This document shows, one piece after another, positions 12,746 to 24,695 of a stretch of 64,000 nt of DNA (positions are counted from its first letter, which is position 1; every line of letters begins with the position of its first letter). Below the pieces are notes generated by a model, which saw only the letters and a program-made list of their open reading frames with translations, ran no database searches and was not told where the DNA came from. The stretch spans positions 94,242,001 through 94,306,000 of the forward strand of contig NC_086107.1 in NCBI RefSeq assembly GCF_963921235.1, written 5' to 3'. The position numbers and the translations under genes were made by a program. Source of the DNA: Mobula hypostoma (lineage: Eukaryota).

Positions 12746-13517
12746 TACCTCTTCCTAGAGATGCTGCCTGGCCTGCTGCGTTCACCAGCAACTTTGATGT
12801 GTTTTGCTTGAATTTCCAGCATCTGCAGAATTCCTCATGTTTCCATCTGATATACAATGTTTCTGTGGGGGATAAATCCACAATTCGAAAGGTGGGGTGG
12901 AGATACGTCTCTACCAAAGGCGGTGTAATGTGCCGCTTCCTCCGCTAGCCTGCAGGTCACCCTTGGGCAAGGAGTATCACCTGCTTAACCTCTCCCTTCC
13001 CCACCCCCCGGATCAGGGTTCTTTTAGCACTTTTTATTGAAGAATAAATATCAGTTAGGACAACCATTTCTTCAAAGTAACACCACTGCCATATTTACAT
13101 CTCAGACTGCAGATAAAACTTTGTAAAGATTTAAAGGACGGAAACACACCATCACCTTTACAGGTTCTTCTACAGAATGGGAGTGAAAGCTGAGAATGTG
13201 CTTATGTGTTCACTTGGTTTAATACCCCATCTACAAGATAATGCCCCCAGAAATATAGCACTCCCTCAGCATTACACCAGAATAGCAATCTATATGTTCA
13301 CATCTGAGCTCTCAAAATGGGACTTGAGAACCCATGTCTATCTACGGACATGTCATGTTCTGGACTTTGACCTTTGGCTTTGTCCTCTGGACTTACACCC
13401 CCATCTGGGCATTGACCCTAATGCTCACTGATCATGGTACCATGACCAAATATTTCTGATCCCAGATTCTTGTCAAGAATGGAAGCTATATGGAGCTTCC
13501 CTTGGATTGATGTTAGA

Positions 13518-13598
13518 GCAAGGGTTCTAACATCCCTTGGTCACAGACCCCTCGATTAATGGTAGGGGTCCAAGACATAACAAAGGTTGTGAACCCCT
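13518..13598. mobile_element. Short hAT-type MITE
   Basis: CAAGGGTTCTAAC..GGTTGTGAACCCCTG imperfect TIRs. Confidence 0.5.
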
Positions 13599-13799
13599 GT
13601 AGACTAAGGTCCCAGTGATGTCAATAGGAGCCAAATGGTACGTTTAAGGGGAGGCTGTGGAATGCAGAGAAGAAACCCATCCTTTACATATAATTGTTAA
13701 ATAACAGCAATTATTGAGTGGAAGTGGTTTCAGAGATGGCACAAATGAAATCTATTAGAATAAGGATGAAAACTAACAGATTCCAGGAGGTGCAAATCA

Positions 13800-14135
13800 T
13801 AAACACAAGAAATTCTGCAGATGCTGGAAATCCAAATCAACACACACAATGCTGGAGGAACTCAACTGACCAAGCAGCATCTATGGAAATGAAGAAACAG
13901 CCGACGTTCCGGGCTGAGACCCTTCTTTAGGACTGGAAAGGAAGGAGGATGATGTCAGAACAAATATTTGAGGGGAAGGGGAAGGAGGATAGTTAGAAGG
14001 TGATAGGTGAAGCCATGTGGGTAGGAAAGGTAAAGGGCTGGTGAGGAAGGAATCTGATAGGAGAGGAGAATGGACCATAGGAGAAAGGGAAGGAGGAGGG
14101 GAAGAGGGACCCGGGGGGAGTGATAGACAGGAGCT
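13800..14135 (-). mobile_element. PLE terminal-repeat fragment with degenerate hammerhead
   Basis: ACACAAGAAATTCTGCAGATGCTGG..GACGTTCCGGGCTGAGACCCTTCTTTAGG followed by a purine-rich tract, homologous to 11661-11950. Confidence 0.8.
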
Positions 14136-16764
14136 GTTCAACATGCATCTGAAGTCCAGGTCAAATTAAAAATGGACAATAAATGCTATTAAAAGTGATG
14201 TCCGCATTTCAAGAATTAATTGGTCTCAGTCACAAGTTTGTAGAAATTGTGTCAGTTCTTCTCATAATTAATAAAGATTCATAGCTGATTCCAGAAGAAC
14301 ATTGTGAGTCACTTTGTTTTCTTAGTAACTGTATTATTATCCTCAAACTCATCTGGTTCCCTGCTTAAAAAGCACTTTGCTTTGCATCTTTGCTCTATAT
14401 AGATTCCTTTTGTGGACTATGCTATTGTTGGGAGAGAATCCAGTTGAATCCCTCTTGCCCACTGACAGTTACATGTCAAACTTTCCCCAGAGCATAAATA
14501 CCCAGTCACTAATCTAGCTGGCCTTCCTGAAGTAGATCCCCAATGATCACATCAAACAATCTTCATCCTTTCCCAAGGAGAGGGCAACCCCCTGCACCTC
14601 CCTTCACTAGTCCCACCCCATGACGTTGTGTTTCCACAACTCTATTTGGCAGCTGACCTACAACCAGCTGCTAGAAAGAGGCTGAGCCAAAATAACTCAT
14701 TGACCTATTTTTGCTTTGCTTCCCTCTCAATGGTCTCTATACTCTGTTTTCCTCCAAGACGGATCATTCCCTCTGCTCAACATTACTCTCCAAAATCTCC
14801 AAAGCAACGACATCTGGTAGGGTCCCCGATATCCCAAACTGAAAGAAATTTGTTCCAATTCAAAACAAAAATAACATAATTATGGACCACCACCTTGACA
14901 TCCACGTAAATTTAATTATGTTCAACTTGGATCATAACTTTGGTCCCAGGGAGAAATAAAGAAGTCAAGAGTTTCACATTTAGGTGGTAGTGTTAAACAG
15001 TAAGTGCCACCGCTGTATGTAAGGAATTTCTCCTGTCACTACCTGGGTTTCCTTTGGGTGCCCCAGTTTTCTCCCACAGTCCAAAGACTTAGGGTTAGGT
15101 AAGACTTAGGTAAGAGTGGGTGCTGCAAACGTAGTGACACTTGCCAGCTGCCCCCAGCACAATCTTTGGATTGTACTGGCTGTTGTGGCAAATAACACAT
15201 TTCAATGCATGCTTCTGTATACCTGTGACAAATAAAACTTATCTGTTAACTTCCATGATGGTAAAATAGAAAGAGATCTGGGATACTCAACAGCGCTTCT
15301 ACTTCCTTAGGAGTCTGCGGAGATTTGGCACGACAATAAAAACTTTGACAGATGTCTAGTGGAGAGGGTACTGATTAGCTGCATCATGGCCTGGTACAGC
15401 AACACTGATGCCTCGGAAAATCCTACAAAAGGTAGTGGAGTTGGCTCAGTACATCATGGGTAAAGCCCTAACAACCACTGAGCACATCTATATGAAACGC
15501 TGTTGTAGGAAAGCAGCATCCATCATCAAGAACCCTCACCACCTAGACCATGCTCCTGATGGCAGCAGCGAGAAAGGGAGAAGGTACAAGAACCTCAGGA
15601 CTCACATCACCGGGTTCAAGAACAGTTACTACCCCTCATCAATCAGGCTCTTAAACAAAAGGGAATAACTACATTCATCTATTGAGATGTTCCTACAACC
15701 AACGATCTCACTTTAAGGACTCTTTATCTTGTTATTTCATGTTCTCATTTATTCCTATTTACTTATATTTGCATTTGCACACATTATTGTCTTCTGCACT
15801 CCGATTGATCTTTCACTGATCCTGTTATAGTTACAATTCTATAGATTTCCTAAGTATGCACGCAGGAAAAAGCATCATAGGGTTGTATGTGGTGACATAT
15901 ATTTACTTCGAACTCAGTTACTACAGAACACCAGTCAGTAATAAAGACAATTTGATAAGCATTACAGTGCTCTGGTTATATTCCAATTTCAGAACCAAAT
16001 TGTATTCAAGTTGGCATAAGGTGTTAAACCATTCGAAATCATGCAGATAAGGACCACTTGGATGTAATACAACAGAGGGGTCTCATTACACTGTCTTTTT
16101 CCAATCAGATGATTGATCCAAATCAAATGAAACACTCCCACTCTCCCAAGCCTAAAGTTTGTATTTTATTGCCGTCCCACTAAACTTTACCCAAGAAACT
16201 ATTGGATATCTTGGCATTATCACTGCCATACCCTTATAATCACAATCAGGTTTATTACCACTGACATAGGCCATAAAATTTGTTGTTTTGCAGCAGCAGT
16301 ACAGTGCAATGCATAAAAAACACTAGGTTAAACTAAATATAACAAAATAAAAATCAATTTAAGTAGTTTAGGAAAAGAGCAAAATAGAGAGGTAGTGTTC
16401 ATAGACATTCTGATGGTAGATCCATCATACCCATCATCTGCTTCTCAATGCTGCCATCAGGCAAGTAGTACAGGAGCCTGAAGACCCGCATCTCAAAGTT
16501 CAATAACAGCCTCTTCTCCACTGCCATCAGGATCCTGAACCCACCTGAAAAACCTCAACTCCATCTTGCACCATTCATTTTTCTCTCTCGCAATCGTGCA
16601 CTGGTGTTGGTATGCTCATCTTGCACACGTGTACTTGATGTATAATTTGTGTTAATTTGAGTTTATGTTAATTTACATTTCTCCTTATTTGTAATGCACT
16701 GTGCTGCTGCAAAAATTGAATTTTCATCACACATACTCTGTGTGATGCTAAATTACATCCCACA

Positions 16765-17400
16765 ATACGCTGGGACACATCATCAGTGATGTAAACCTGG
16801 GGTCATCATGTGCTTTGGGTCTTTCAACATCAGAGACCCTCACCCATGTGACCCAGCCAGGGTTGATCCGGTCGCAGCTTATATCCTGGCAGCATCGGTC
16901 CACAGGTCACACCTCTTGTGCCACAGCCATCTGGAGGCTCTCTCAGCAGCCTCTGTGACGGTCCTGATGGTTCATCTCTTTGCAGTCTTTGTAATACCAA
17001 GGAAACAGTAGGTTCTGCAGAGCAAGCGGCCAGCTGATCCTCTAAACCCCACCTCTATAGGCTCGCATTGTGCCCTCTGCCCCTGTCCCTGGCACTGCTC
17101 TACCAGCTCCTGGTACTTGGCTTTCTTAGGCTCAAACACCTCCTCAATCCGGTCTTCCCAAGTCACTGCTCAGTTCTACCATGACACCTGCTTCGAGGTT
17201 TCTGACAGAATGACCATGTCAGGCCTTAGGGATGATGATGCGATGAAGTCAGGGAACTTTAACTGCTGACCAGTGTCGACTTTCAGTTGCCAGTCAGATG
17301 CCGCAGCAAGGAAGCTTGCGAGTGATCTGGACTGAGACTGTGGCTGGTCTCCAGCTTTGACAAAGGTTATGGGCTCTCAGAGTTGGTGGAGATGTTCACT
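16765..17400 (-). mobile_element. Hero/R2-superfamily non-LTR retrotransposon 3' fragment (restriction-like endonuclease)
   Basis: Minus strand gives LRPDMVILSETSKQV..MVEL..VTWEDRIEEVFEPKKAKYQELVEQC..CEPIEVGFRG (PD-(D/E)xK RLE motif) with frameshifts, followed by a 3' UTR. Confidence 0.8.
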
Positions 17401-18365
17401 TTTGTGAATGGCCGAAGAGATTTTTTTAAATTTAGAGATGTATAGCATGGGTTTCAGCTCCACGAGCCCACACCCATGTGACAAATAAATCTACTAACCT
17501 GCAGATCTTTGGACTGTGGGAGGTAACCAGAGCACCCGGAGGAGATCCATGCGGTCATGGGAAGGTGGTGCAAACTCCTTATTATCAGGAACAGAACTGA
17601 ACCTCAACCACGGGTGCTGTAATAGCATTACCCTAACTGCAAAGTTACTTGTGCCACCCCATGACAACAATAAACTTAAGCTTGAATCCCACTTGTCTCT
17701 GCCTAATTACTGCTCATTACACAGAAATGTCTAAAGAATTTGCAAGTTGATTGGTTTCTTTCCCACGCAGTTCATGCCAGATCAAGCTAGATCACAATAT
17801 GACTGACAAGTTTTCCTTCAATACACAATGAACCAAAAGGAGAATGAAACCTCATCCCACTCCTATTCTTATTTAAAAATTTAAGAAGAATTGGAAATGT
17901 TGAGGTGTATATGATGATAAGGGGAATAGAGAGGACATAGCCTGCCACAGGAAATGATAGCAAGGGGGTACAATTACAATGTTTAAAAGGCATTTGGACA
18001 AAGTACATAGATAGGCAAGGTTTGGAAGAATATGGGCTAAAGGTAGGCAAATGGGACTAGCTCAGATAAGCAACTCAGTCAGCACAGACAAGTCAAGCCA
18101 AAGGGCCTATTTCTGAAGGGAATCACACCTGCTAAAATGGCTGCTGTGATGCTGGGGTTCTAAGCAGGAAGCAGAGATGGATTATTCCTCAACAGTTGTC
18201 AATGCTTCACCCTGCTCTTTAGCACCCTCACACTGGGTGTCATTCAACATTCCCAAAACAAAAGCTGCTAGTTCAACATCTCAAGTCGATTTAACAGATC
18301 TCAGAGTCAACAAACCCACATTTCTGTTACTTATGAATCAGTTACCAGTGTTTTTAATTCCTTAC

Positions 18366-18479
18366 CATCATCATTCAACACAGCTTTGCAGCCTATACAA
18401 GTGCTTCTTTTCTTTGCAAAGGCCATAAGCCCTCCCACTTTCGATGTCAGCACAGTTTTGCATCTTGTATGCTCTCCCT
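18366..18479 (-). CDS. POLD1: POLD1 exon (equivalent to exon 24), 114 nt, first half of CysA
   Basis: attgtag|exon|gtaagg; (K)[37 protein letters not shown](G). Confidence 0.97.
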
Positions 18480-21094
18480 CTACAATAAACAAATAATGAG
18501 TAATATTAATGCATTTAAAATGAAGGAAACTGAATCATAACTAGCTTGTTTAAAATTAAATCCTAATTCAGTGTATTTGGCTCAACCTAGTTCCTTTAAA
18601 CCAACTTCTCTGTTTTTTTGTCCTGACTAATTTCTCCAATCTTCTATTGTGGTTTGATAGCCAAAGTTAAGGCTATAAAACAAAAGAGCAGAATTAGGCC
18701 ATTTGGCCCATCGAGTCTGTTCTGCTATTCCATCATGGCTGATTTATTTTCCCTCAGCCACATTTTCCTGCCTTCTCCCCATAACCTTTCACAACCTTAC
18801 TAAGGTAGAAACTATCAACCTCCACTTTAAAGATACCCAATGATTTGGCCTTTACAGCCATCTGTGGCAGAATTACACCATCTGGCTAAAGAAATTTATT
18901 CTAATCTCTGTTCTAAAAGGACATCCTTGTATTCTGTGGCTGTGTCCTCTGGACTCTCCCATCATAGGAAAAATCCTCTCCACGCCCACTCTATCTAGGC
19001 CTTTCAACATTTGATAGGTTGCATGCACAATCCACTCATTGCTGAATTATTAGCATTTGGTGGTATTACTGCTAAAGGTATTTGAGGGCTCTGCAAACAG
19101 AACCTGAGCCAGATTTCAAGTGGAAGATGACCTTGGTGTGAAATGGCAAGCAAGACCAACTCAGGATTCTCCCAGCTGAATATCTGGGCCCAGATATGAC
19201 GGGAATCTGCCTATCTCATGATGTGGCACACAGTAAAAATCACTTGGCATCTTTAATAAACTTCAGCTGAGAAGGTATGAGTAACATTGGATTTCTTACC
19301 AAATGATATTCCATAATCTGTATCCACAAGACCATAAGACATAGGAGAAGAATTAGGCCATTTACCCCACCAAGTCTGCTCGCCGTTTCATCATGGCTGA
19401 TCCCAGATCCCGCTCAAACCCTGCCTTCTCGCCATATCCTTTGATGCCCTGACCAATCAGGAAACTATCAACTTCAGCTTTAAATATACCCATGTACTAG
19501 ACCTCCACTGCAGTCTGTGGCAGAACATTCCAGAGTCACTACTTTCTGGCTAAAAAAGAAATTCCTCCTTACCTCCATTCTAAAAGGTCACCCCTCAATT
19601 TTGAGGTTGTACCCTCTAGTTCTGAATACTCACATGATAAGAAACATCCTCTCCACATCCACCTTTTCTAGCTCTTTCAACATTTAGTAGGTTTCAATGA
19701 GATCCACCCCGCCCCACCACGGGCCCAAAGCTGCCAAACACTCCTCATATGTTAACCCCTTCAAATCCCGGACTCTCTCCAATGACAATACACCCCTTTT
19801 ACACAATGCCCCAGTCAAATACAAGAGAAACTCACATTAAGTATTCAGTTAGGGAAACCTAATGACTAGAGAAGACGAGGATAAGAAGCTCTATTATTTT
19901 TATTTTACTTAATAGTCATGCAGCGTGGATACAAGCTCTTCAGCCCATCGAATGCATGCTAACCACAGTGCCCACCCAGGTAGTCCAAATTTCCCATTCA
20001 CCCCATATCCCTCGAAGCCCTGCCACTCCATGTAGCTTTTCATATATATCATGGAGTTCAAAGTGCTTGCCTCATCTACTTCCTCTGACAGCTCGCTCTA
20101 TATTCTTACCATCTTCTATGTGAAAAAATTGCCCCACAGATCCCTTTTAAATCTTATTTTCTCCCCTCAACTTTAAGTTTCCATAAAATTATCCCTCATT
20201 CTCTTAGGCTCCAAGCATTAAAGACCCAGCCTGGCCAACTTTTCCCTACAACTCAGGCCCTCTAATATTGGCAACATCTTCGTAAATCTTTTCCGCTGAA
20301 AAATCACGTGCTCCTCATCACCAGGAGTTTGAGGTGTCACTGCTCTTTCTATCTCCTCTTATCTAAGAAATCGTGTTGATTCTGCTCATTTCTGGTTATA
20401 CCTGTTTAGAACTTCCCTATAATTTATTGTTTGAAGTGATAACCTGGTGAAATACAAGAGAATCTCACATATCCAAGTATCACTACGTCATTGTGTGGTA
20501 CAGAAACAGCACTGTGGTGGACAAGTTGTTAAAGCCATCCAATGCATCACACTGGATACCCGGAAAGAGCCAACGATATCATGAAGTATTCCCACCCTCC
20601 TTATGGACGCTCGACCCACTACTATCAGGAAAGAGGCTACGCAGCATCCATGTCAGGACAACCAGCCTCAAAAACACTCGCTTCCCCCAAGCCATCAGGC
20701 TGATCAACACCTCTGCCTGTTAACCCACCATTACTTTATAATTTCCTATCAGTCACTTTATGTACAGATGCCTCTGCACCTAGCATCACTTTGTGTATGT
20801 AGAGTCCATGTATATAAGCTAATCTTATGTATTTATATTTATTGTTTTTTTATTGTGTACTTTATGCTTATTGTATATTTTTCTATTGCTGCGTCGGATC
20901 ATTTTATTCTCCTTTACACTTGTGTACTGATGAATAACAATAAACAACCTTGAACCTTGAGCATATGTGCCAGTTATAATGTTTGAAATATATTGGCGTT
21001 TCATTGCCAGCAACTCACTGAAGCCCGAGTAATTCTACACCTATCGTATAGTGCAGCTGATTGCTCCGACAGTGTTTAGCTAAATGTCACTCAC

Positions 21095-21227
21095 TCAGAA
21101 GCACAGCCTCGGCTTTGGATTCCCCCAAGATGGGCTCGAAGATTCTCAAGAGTGGCTTTGCTAGCTGCTGCTCCAAATAGTATTGCGTGTCAATTGGAAT
21201 ATTGTTCTCCAGAACATAGATTGGATC
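21095..21227 (-). CDS. POLD1: POLD1 exon (equivalent to exon 23), 133 nt
   Basis: ctccctag|exon|gtgagt; [44 protein letters not shown](K). Confidence 0.98.
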
Positions 21228-21530
21228 CTAGGGAGTGGGGGGGGAGGGGGGGAAGAGAGGGAAAAAAAGGGGGCCTTCAATGAATTAAAAATAAACTTTC
21301 ATAATAGAAAAAATTAAAGGATCCAAAATTCAAAGTATACTTCATTATAATAGTACATATATGTCACCACACACCACCCTGAGATTTCTTCTCCTATGGG
21401 CATACTCAGCAAATCTATAGAACAGTAACTGTAACCAGGATCAATGACAGATCAAGTCGAGCGGAGAAGACAACAAACTGTGCAAATGCAAGAATAAATA
21501 AATAGCAATAAATAACAAGAGAATGAAATA

Positions 21531-22721
21531 CATGTATCCCCCGTTTCCCGAACGTTCGCTTTACGACACCTCGCTGTCATGGCAGACCTACATTAGTTAC
21601 CTGTTTTCGCTAACAGAAAGTATTTTCACTGTTACGAAAAAAGGCAGCGCGCACCCCGAGCAGCCAAGCTCCTCCCCCCAAACTGCATTCTAGCCAGCAT
21701 TGCTTAATCACATGCTTTATCTCGATTTATTTTGTGCAAGATGAGTTCTAAGGTATCGGAAAAGCCTAAAAGAGCTCATAAGGGTGTTACAGTTAGTGTA
21801 AAACTAGACATAATTAAGCGTTTCGATCGTGGTGAACAAAGTAAGGACATTGTCCGCGCGTTGTACTCGCCTGCGTCCACCATTCGCACTATTTATACGC
21901 AGGGAGAAAGAATTTTGAAAGCTGCCGATGTTACTGTTGGTTCTGCTCGTAGCGAAGTGGTCTCTCTTAGTCGGCATTCAATAACAGATAAAATGAAAAG
22001 TCTATTGCTTGAGTGGATTGATGAGTGTGCAAAGCGTGGTGTTCTGTTAAGTTTTCTTATACTTAAGAAGAAATCAGTCAGTCTTTTTAATAAGCTGAAA
22101 CAGAAAGCACTGGACAATGGTGATGAAAGTGTTGCGAAGGTGGAATTTAAAGGTAGTCATGGGTGGTTTGATCAGTTTCTGAGGCGAGGGCAGCTTCATA
22201 GTTTTAAACAGTGGTGCCCAACCTCCAGGCCATGGACCGATACATTGCCGCGAAGAATGCAGCGGTACAGTGGTAGTTGGAATGCACCCAGCACATCTTT
22301 AAGAAAAAAGCCGAAATAAACAAGCTAATTAATTAGGTGCCGCCTGGCACGTAAATGTCGGCCCAGATCAGAGGCGATTGCCGATTGTGTCAGGTGGTTA
22401 TTCGGACAAGCAAGTGTTTAACTGTGACGAAACTGCAATTTATTGGAGTCTTACCGATTCCGGTAAGTGAAACTACACTGTACATACATTATTTCTACTT
22501 TATATAGGCTGTGTATTTTTGTGTGTTATTTGGTATGCTTTGGCAGCTTCACAGCTTAAAGGTTACTGGAGAGTGTTTCTGCCGAGAGCGCTTCCGCGAG
22601 ATTTTTGCTGCACTAGACAGTGCTGCAGAGAAGTATTTCTACTTTATATAGGCTGTGTATTTATCATATCATTCCTGCTTTCACTAGGAACGCTCTACCT
22701 TCGGATAGCGGGGGAAACCTG
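21531..22721 (+). mobile_element. Tigger/pogo DNA transposon, internally deleted
   Basis: TA flanks; TIRs CATGTATCCCCCGTTTCCCGAA / TTCGGATAGCGGGGGAAACCTG; ORF 21732-22319 has HTH_psq and CENP-B HTH features (KLDIIKRFDRG..STIRTI..LLLEWI..FKGSHGWFDQF). Confidence 0.92.
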
Positions 22722-23380
22722 TAACAAGATAAAAAGTCCTTAAAGTGAGCTTGTGGGAACATTTCAATAGATGAGAGTAGTTATCCTCTTTTGTTCAAGA
22801 GCCTGATGGCTGAGGGGTGAGCCTGGTGGTGCAAGTCCTGAGGCACTTATACCTTCTACCTAATGGTAGCAGCCAGATAAGAGATAGCCTGGGTGGTGAG
22901 GATCCTTAATGATGGATTCTGCTTTCCTATGACTGTGTTTCATGTAGATGTGCTCAATGGTTGGGAGGGTTTGATCTGTGATGTACTGGGCCGAATCCAC
23001 TACCTTTCGTATGATTTTCTGCTCCAAGGCATTGGTGTTCCCATATCAGGCCGAAATTGATCAGAATGACCCACAGAAGAGGAATTATTATCCTTTGGTT
23101 TATATTAGACAAGAGTGTCCAGGCTCTCCTGTCTAGTCAGTGGAGAAGCGGTGTAAAACACCAATGCCCTGGGCAGGGCGAATTTTCAAAATGAAGTGAA
23201 AAATTGAGAATGGCTTTGAAAGGAAAGGCTTCGATGCAAAGTAGAAATTTGAAATTCCTTCCCATAAGTGAGAATTGTTGTTGGATCTGTTGTTTGCTTT
23301 AAACCCACAAATTGAGAATTTTCTTCAGAGACATTGTCTTGGGGGAAAAAGTGGGATGCTTCAAAAAAAGTCACCAATTA

Positions 23381-24100
23381 TAAACACAAGAGATTCTGCA
23401 GGTGAAATTCAGAGCAACACATGCAAACAAAATGCTGGAGGAACTCGGATCAGGCAGCATCTGTGGAGGGAATTAAACAGTTGTAATTTTGGGCTGGAAA
23501 GCAAGGGAGAAATGCCAGAATAAGATGACGGGGGAAGGAATTGGCAGGTGAAATGTGAAACCAGGTGAAGGTGGGTGGGGGGGGGAGGGACAGAGATGAA
23601 GTAAGAAGGTGGGGGGGGTGACAGGTAGAAGAGGTAAGGAGCTGAAGATGGAATTTGATAGGAGAGGTTTGGACCCTTGGAGAAAGGGCGGGGGGGGGGG
23701 AACCGGAGGGAGGCGACAGGCAGGTGAAAGGAGAGAAGCCATTATAGGGAATGGAAAGAGAAGAGGGAGAGAGCAGAAACTGCTGGAAGCTAGAGAAATC
23801 GATGTTCAGGCTGGAGGCTACCCAGACGGAATATGGGGTGTCACCCTTTTAACTTGATTGTGGCTTCATTGTGGCAGCAGACGAGGCCGCATATCAACAT
23901 ACTGGAATAGGAATGGAAGGTGAATTAAAATGGGTGGCTACCGGGAAACCACATGTTTCGTGGCAGACAGAGCGAAGGTCACAAATTAATTATGTCCTCA
24001 TTGAATGGTGAATGGATTCTTTTTCTATGGAGAGGAAAAAGCAATTGACATTTCAGGCCGAGACGCTTCATCCTCCCCATGGATGCTGCCTGATGCCCCT
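23381..24100 (-). mobile_element. Decayed PLE 3' end (terminal repeat and GIY-YIG tail) with an adjacent terminal-repeat fragment
   Basis: 23790-23975 aligns to 12095-12300 (GGAGGCTACCCAGACGGAATAT); degenerate hammerhead at about 24045-24075. Confidence 0.8.
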
Positions 24101-24167
24101 GTGAACTGATAGATGGAAATTCCATATGAAAAGTACATCTGCAGAACTGGTTCTGAACTTTTTGAAT

Positions 24168-24695
24168 ACACTCAGTGGCCACTTTATTAGGTACACCTAA
24201 TCACAAATGCAAGTATATAATCAGCCAACCAGGTGCCAGCAACTCAATGTATAAAAGCCTGCAGACACGGTCAAGAAGTTCAGTTGTTCAGACCAAACAT
24301 CAGAATGGGGGGAAGATGTGATATAAATGACATTGACCATGGTGCCAGATGTTTGCTTGTGTTTTTTTTAAAGTTTCTCAGAAACTGCTGATCTCCTGGG
24401 ATTTTCATACACGACAGTCTCCAGAGTTTACAGAGAATGGTGCAAAAAAAAAATCAAAGAAATGGCAGTTCTGTGGGCAAAAGCACCCTGTAAATGAGAG
24501 AGGCCAGAGGAGAATGGCCAGAGTGGTTCAAGCTGACAGGAAGGCGACAGTAGCTCAAATAACCATCCATTACAACAGTAGTGTGCAGAACAGCAACTCC
24601 GAATGGCACAACACCCCAAACCCTGAAGTGGATGGCCCACAGCAGCCAGAAGACCATGGACATACGCTCAGTGGCCACTTTATTAGGTACCTACT
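24168..24695 (+). mobile_element. Non-autonomous Tc1/mariner-derived element
   Basis: Begins TACACTCAGTGGCCACTTTATTAGGTAC; internal NERGQRRMARVVQADRKATVAQIT (Tc1-like remnant); the terminal motif recurs at 24665 in direct orientation. Confidence 0.75.

Larger units (their letters stand above)
11661..12840 (-). mobile_element. Penelope-like retroelement: GIY-YIG endonuclease fragment plus inverted terminal repeats
   Basis: ORF 12090-12357 CGLLYIGETRRRLGDRFAEHL..RLEEQHLIFRLGSLQNDGMNIDF (PLE GIY-YIG); 11661-12145 is an inverted copy of 12359 to about 12805. Confidence 0.9.

Noticed and set aside
11677..12948. Overlapping Pro/Ser- or Gly/Arg-rich ORFs
   Set aside because: By-products of purine/pyrimidine-biased PLE terminal repeats and a microsatellite.
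16770..16850. Possible hammerhead in the Hero 3' UTR (CTGATGA on the minus strand)
   Set aside because: No correctly placed GAAA, stem I or stem III could be built in this copy.
21231..21272. G-run cluster as a regulatory G-quadruplex
   Set aside because: Explained as the C-rich polypyrimidine tract of the exon-23 acceptor on the minus strand.
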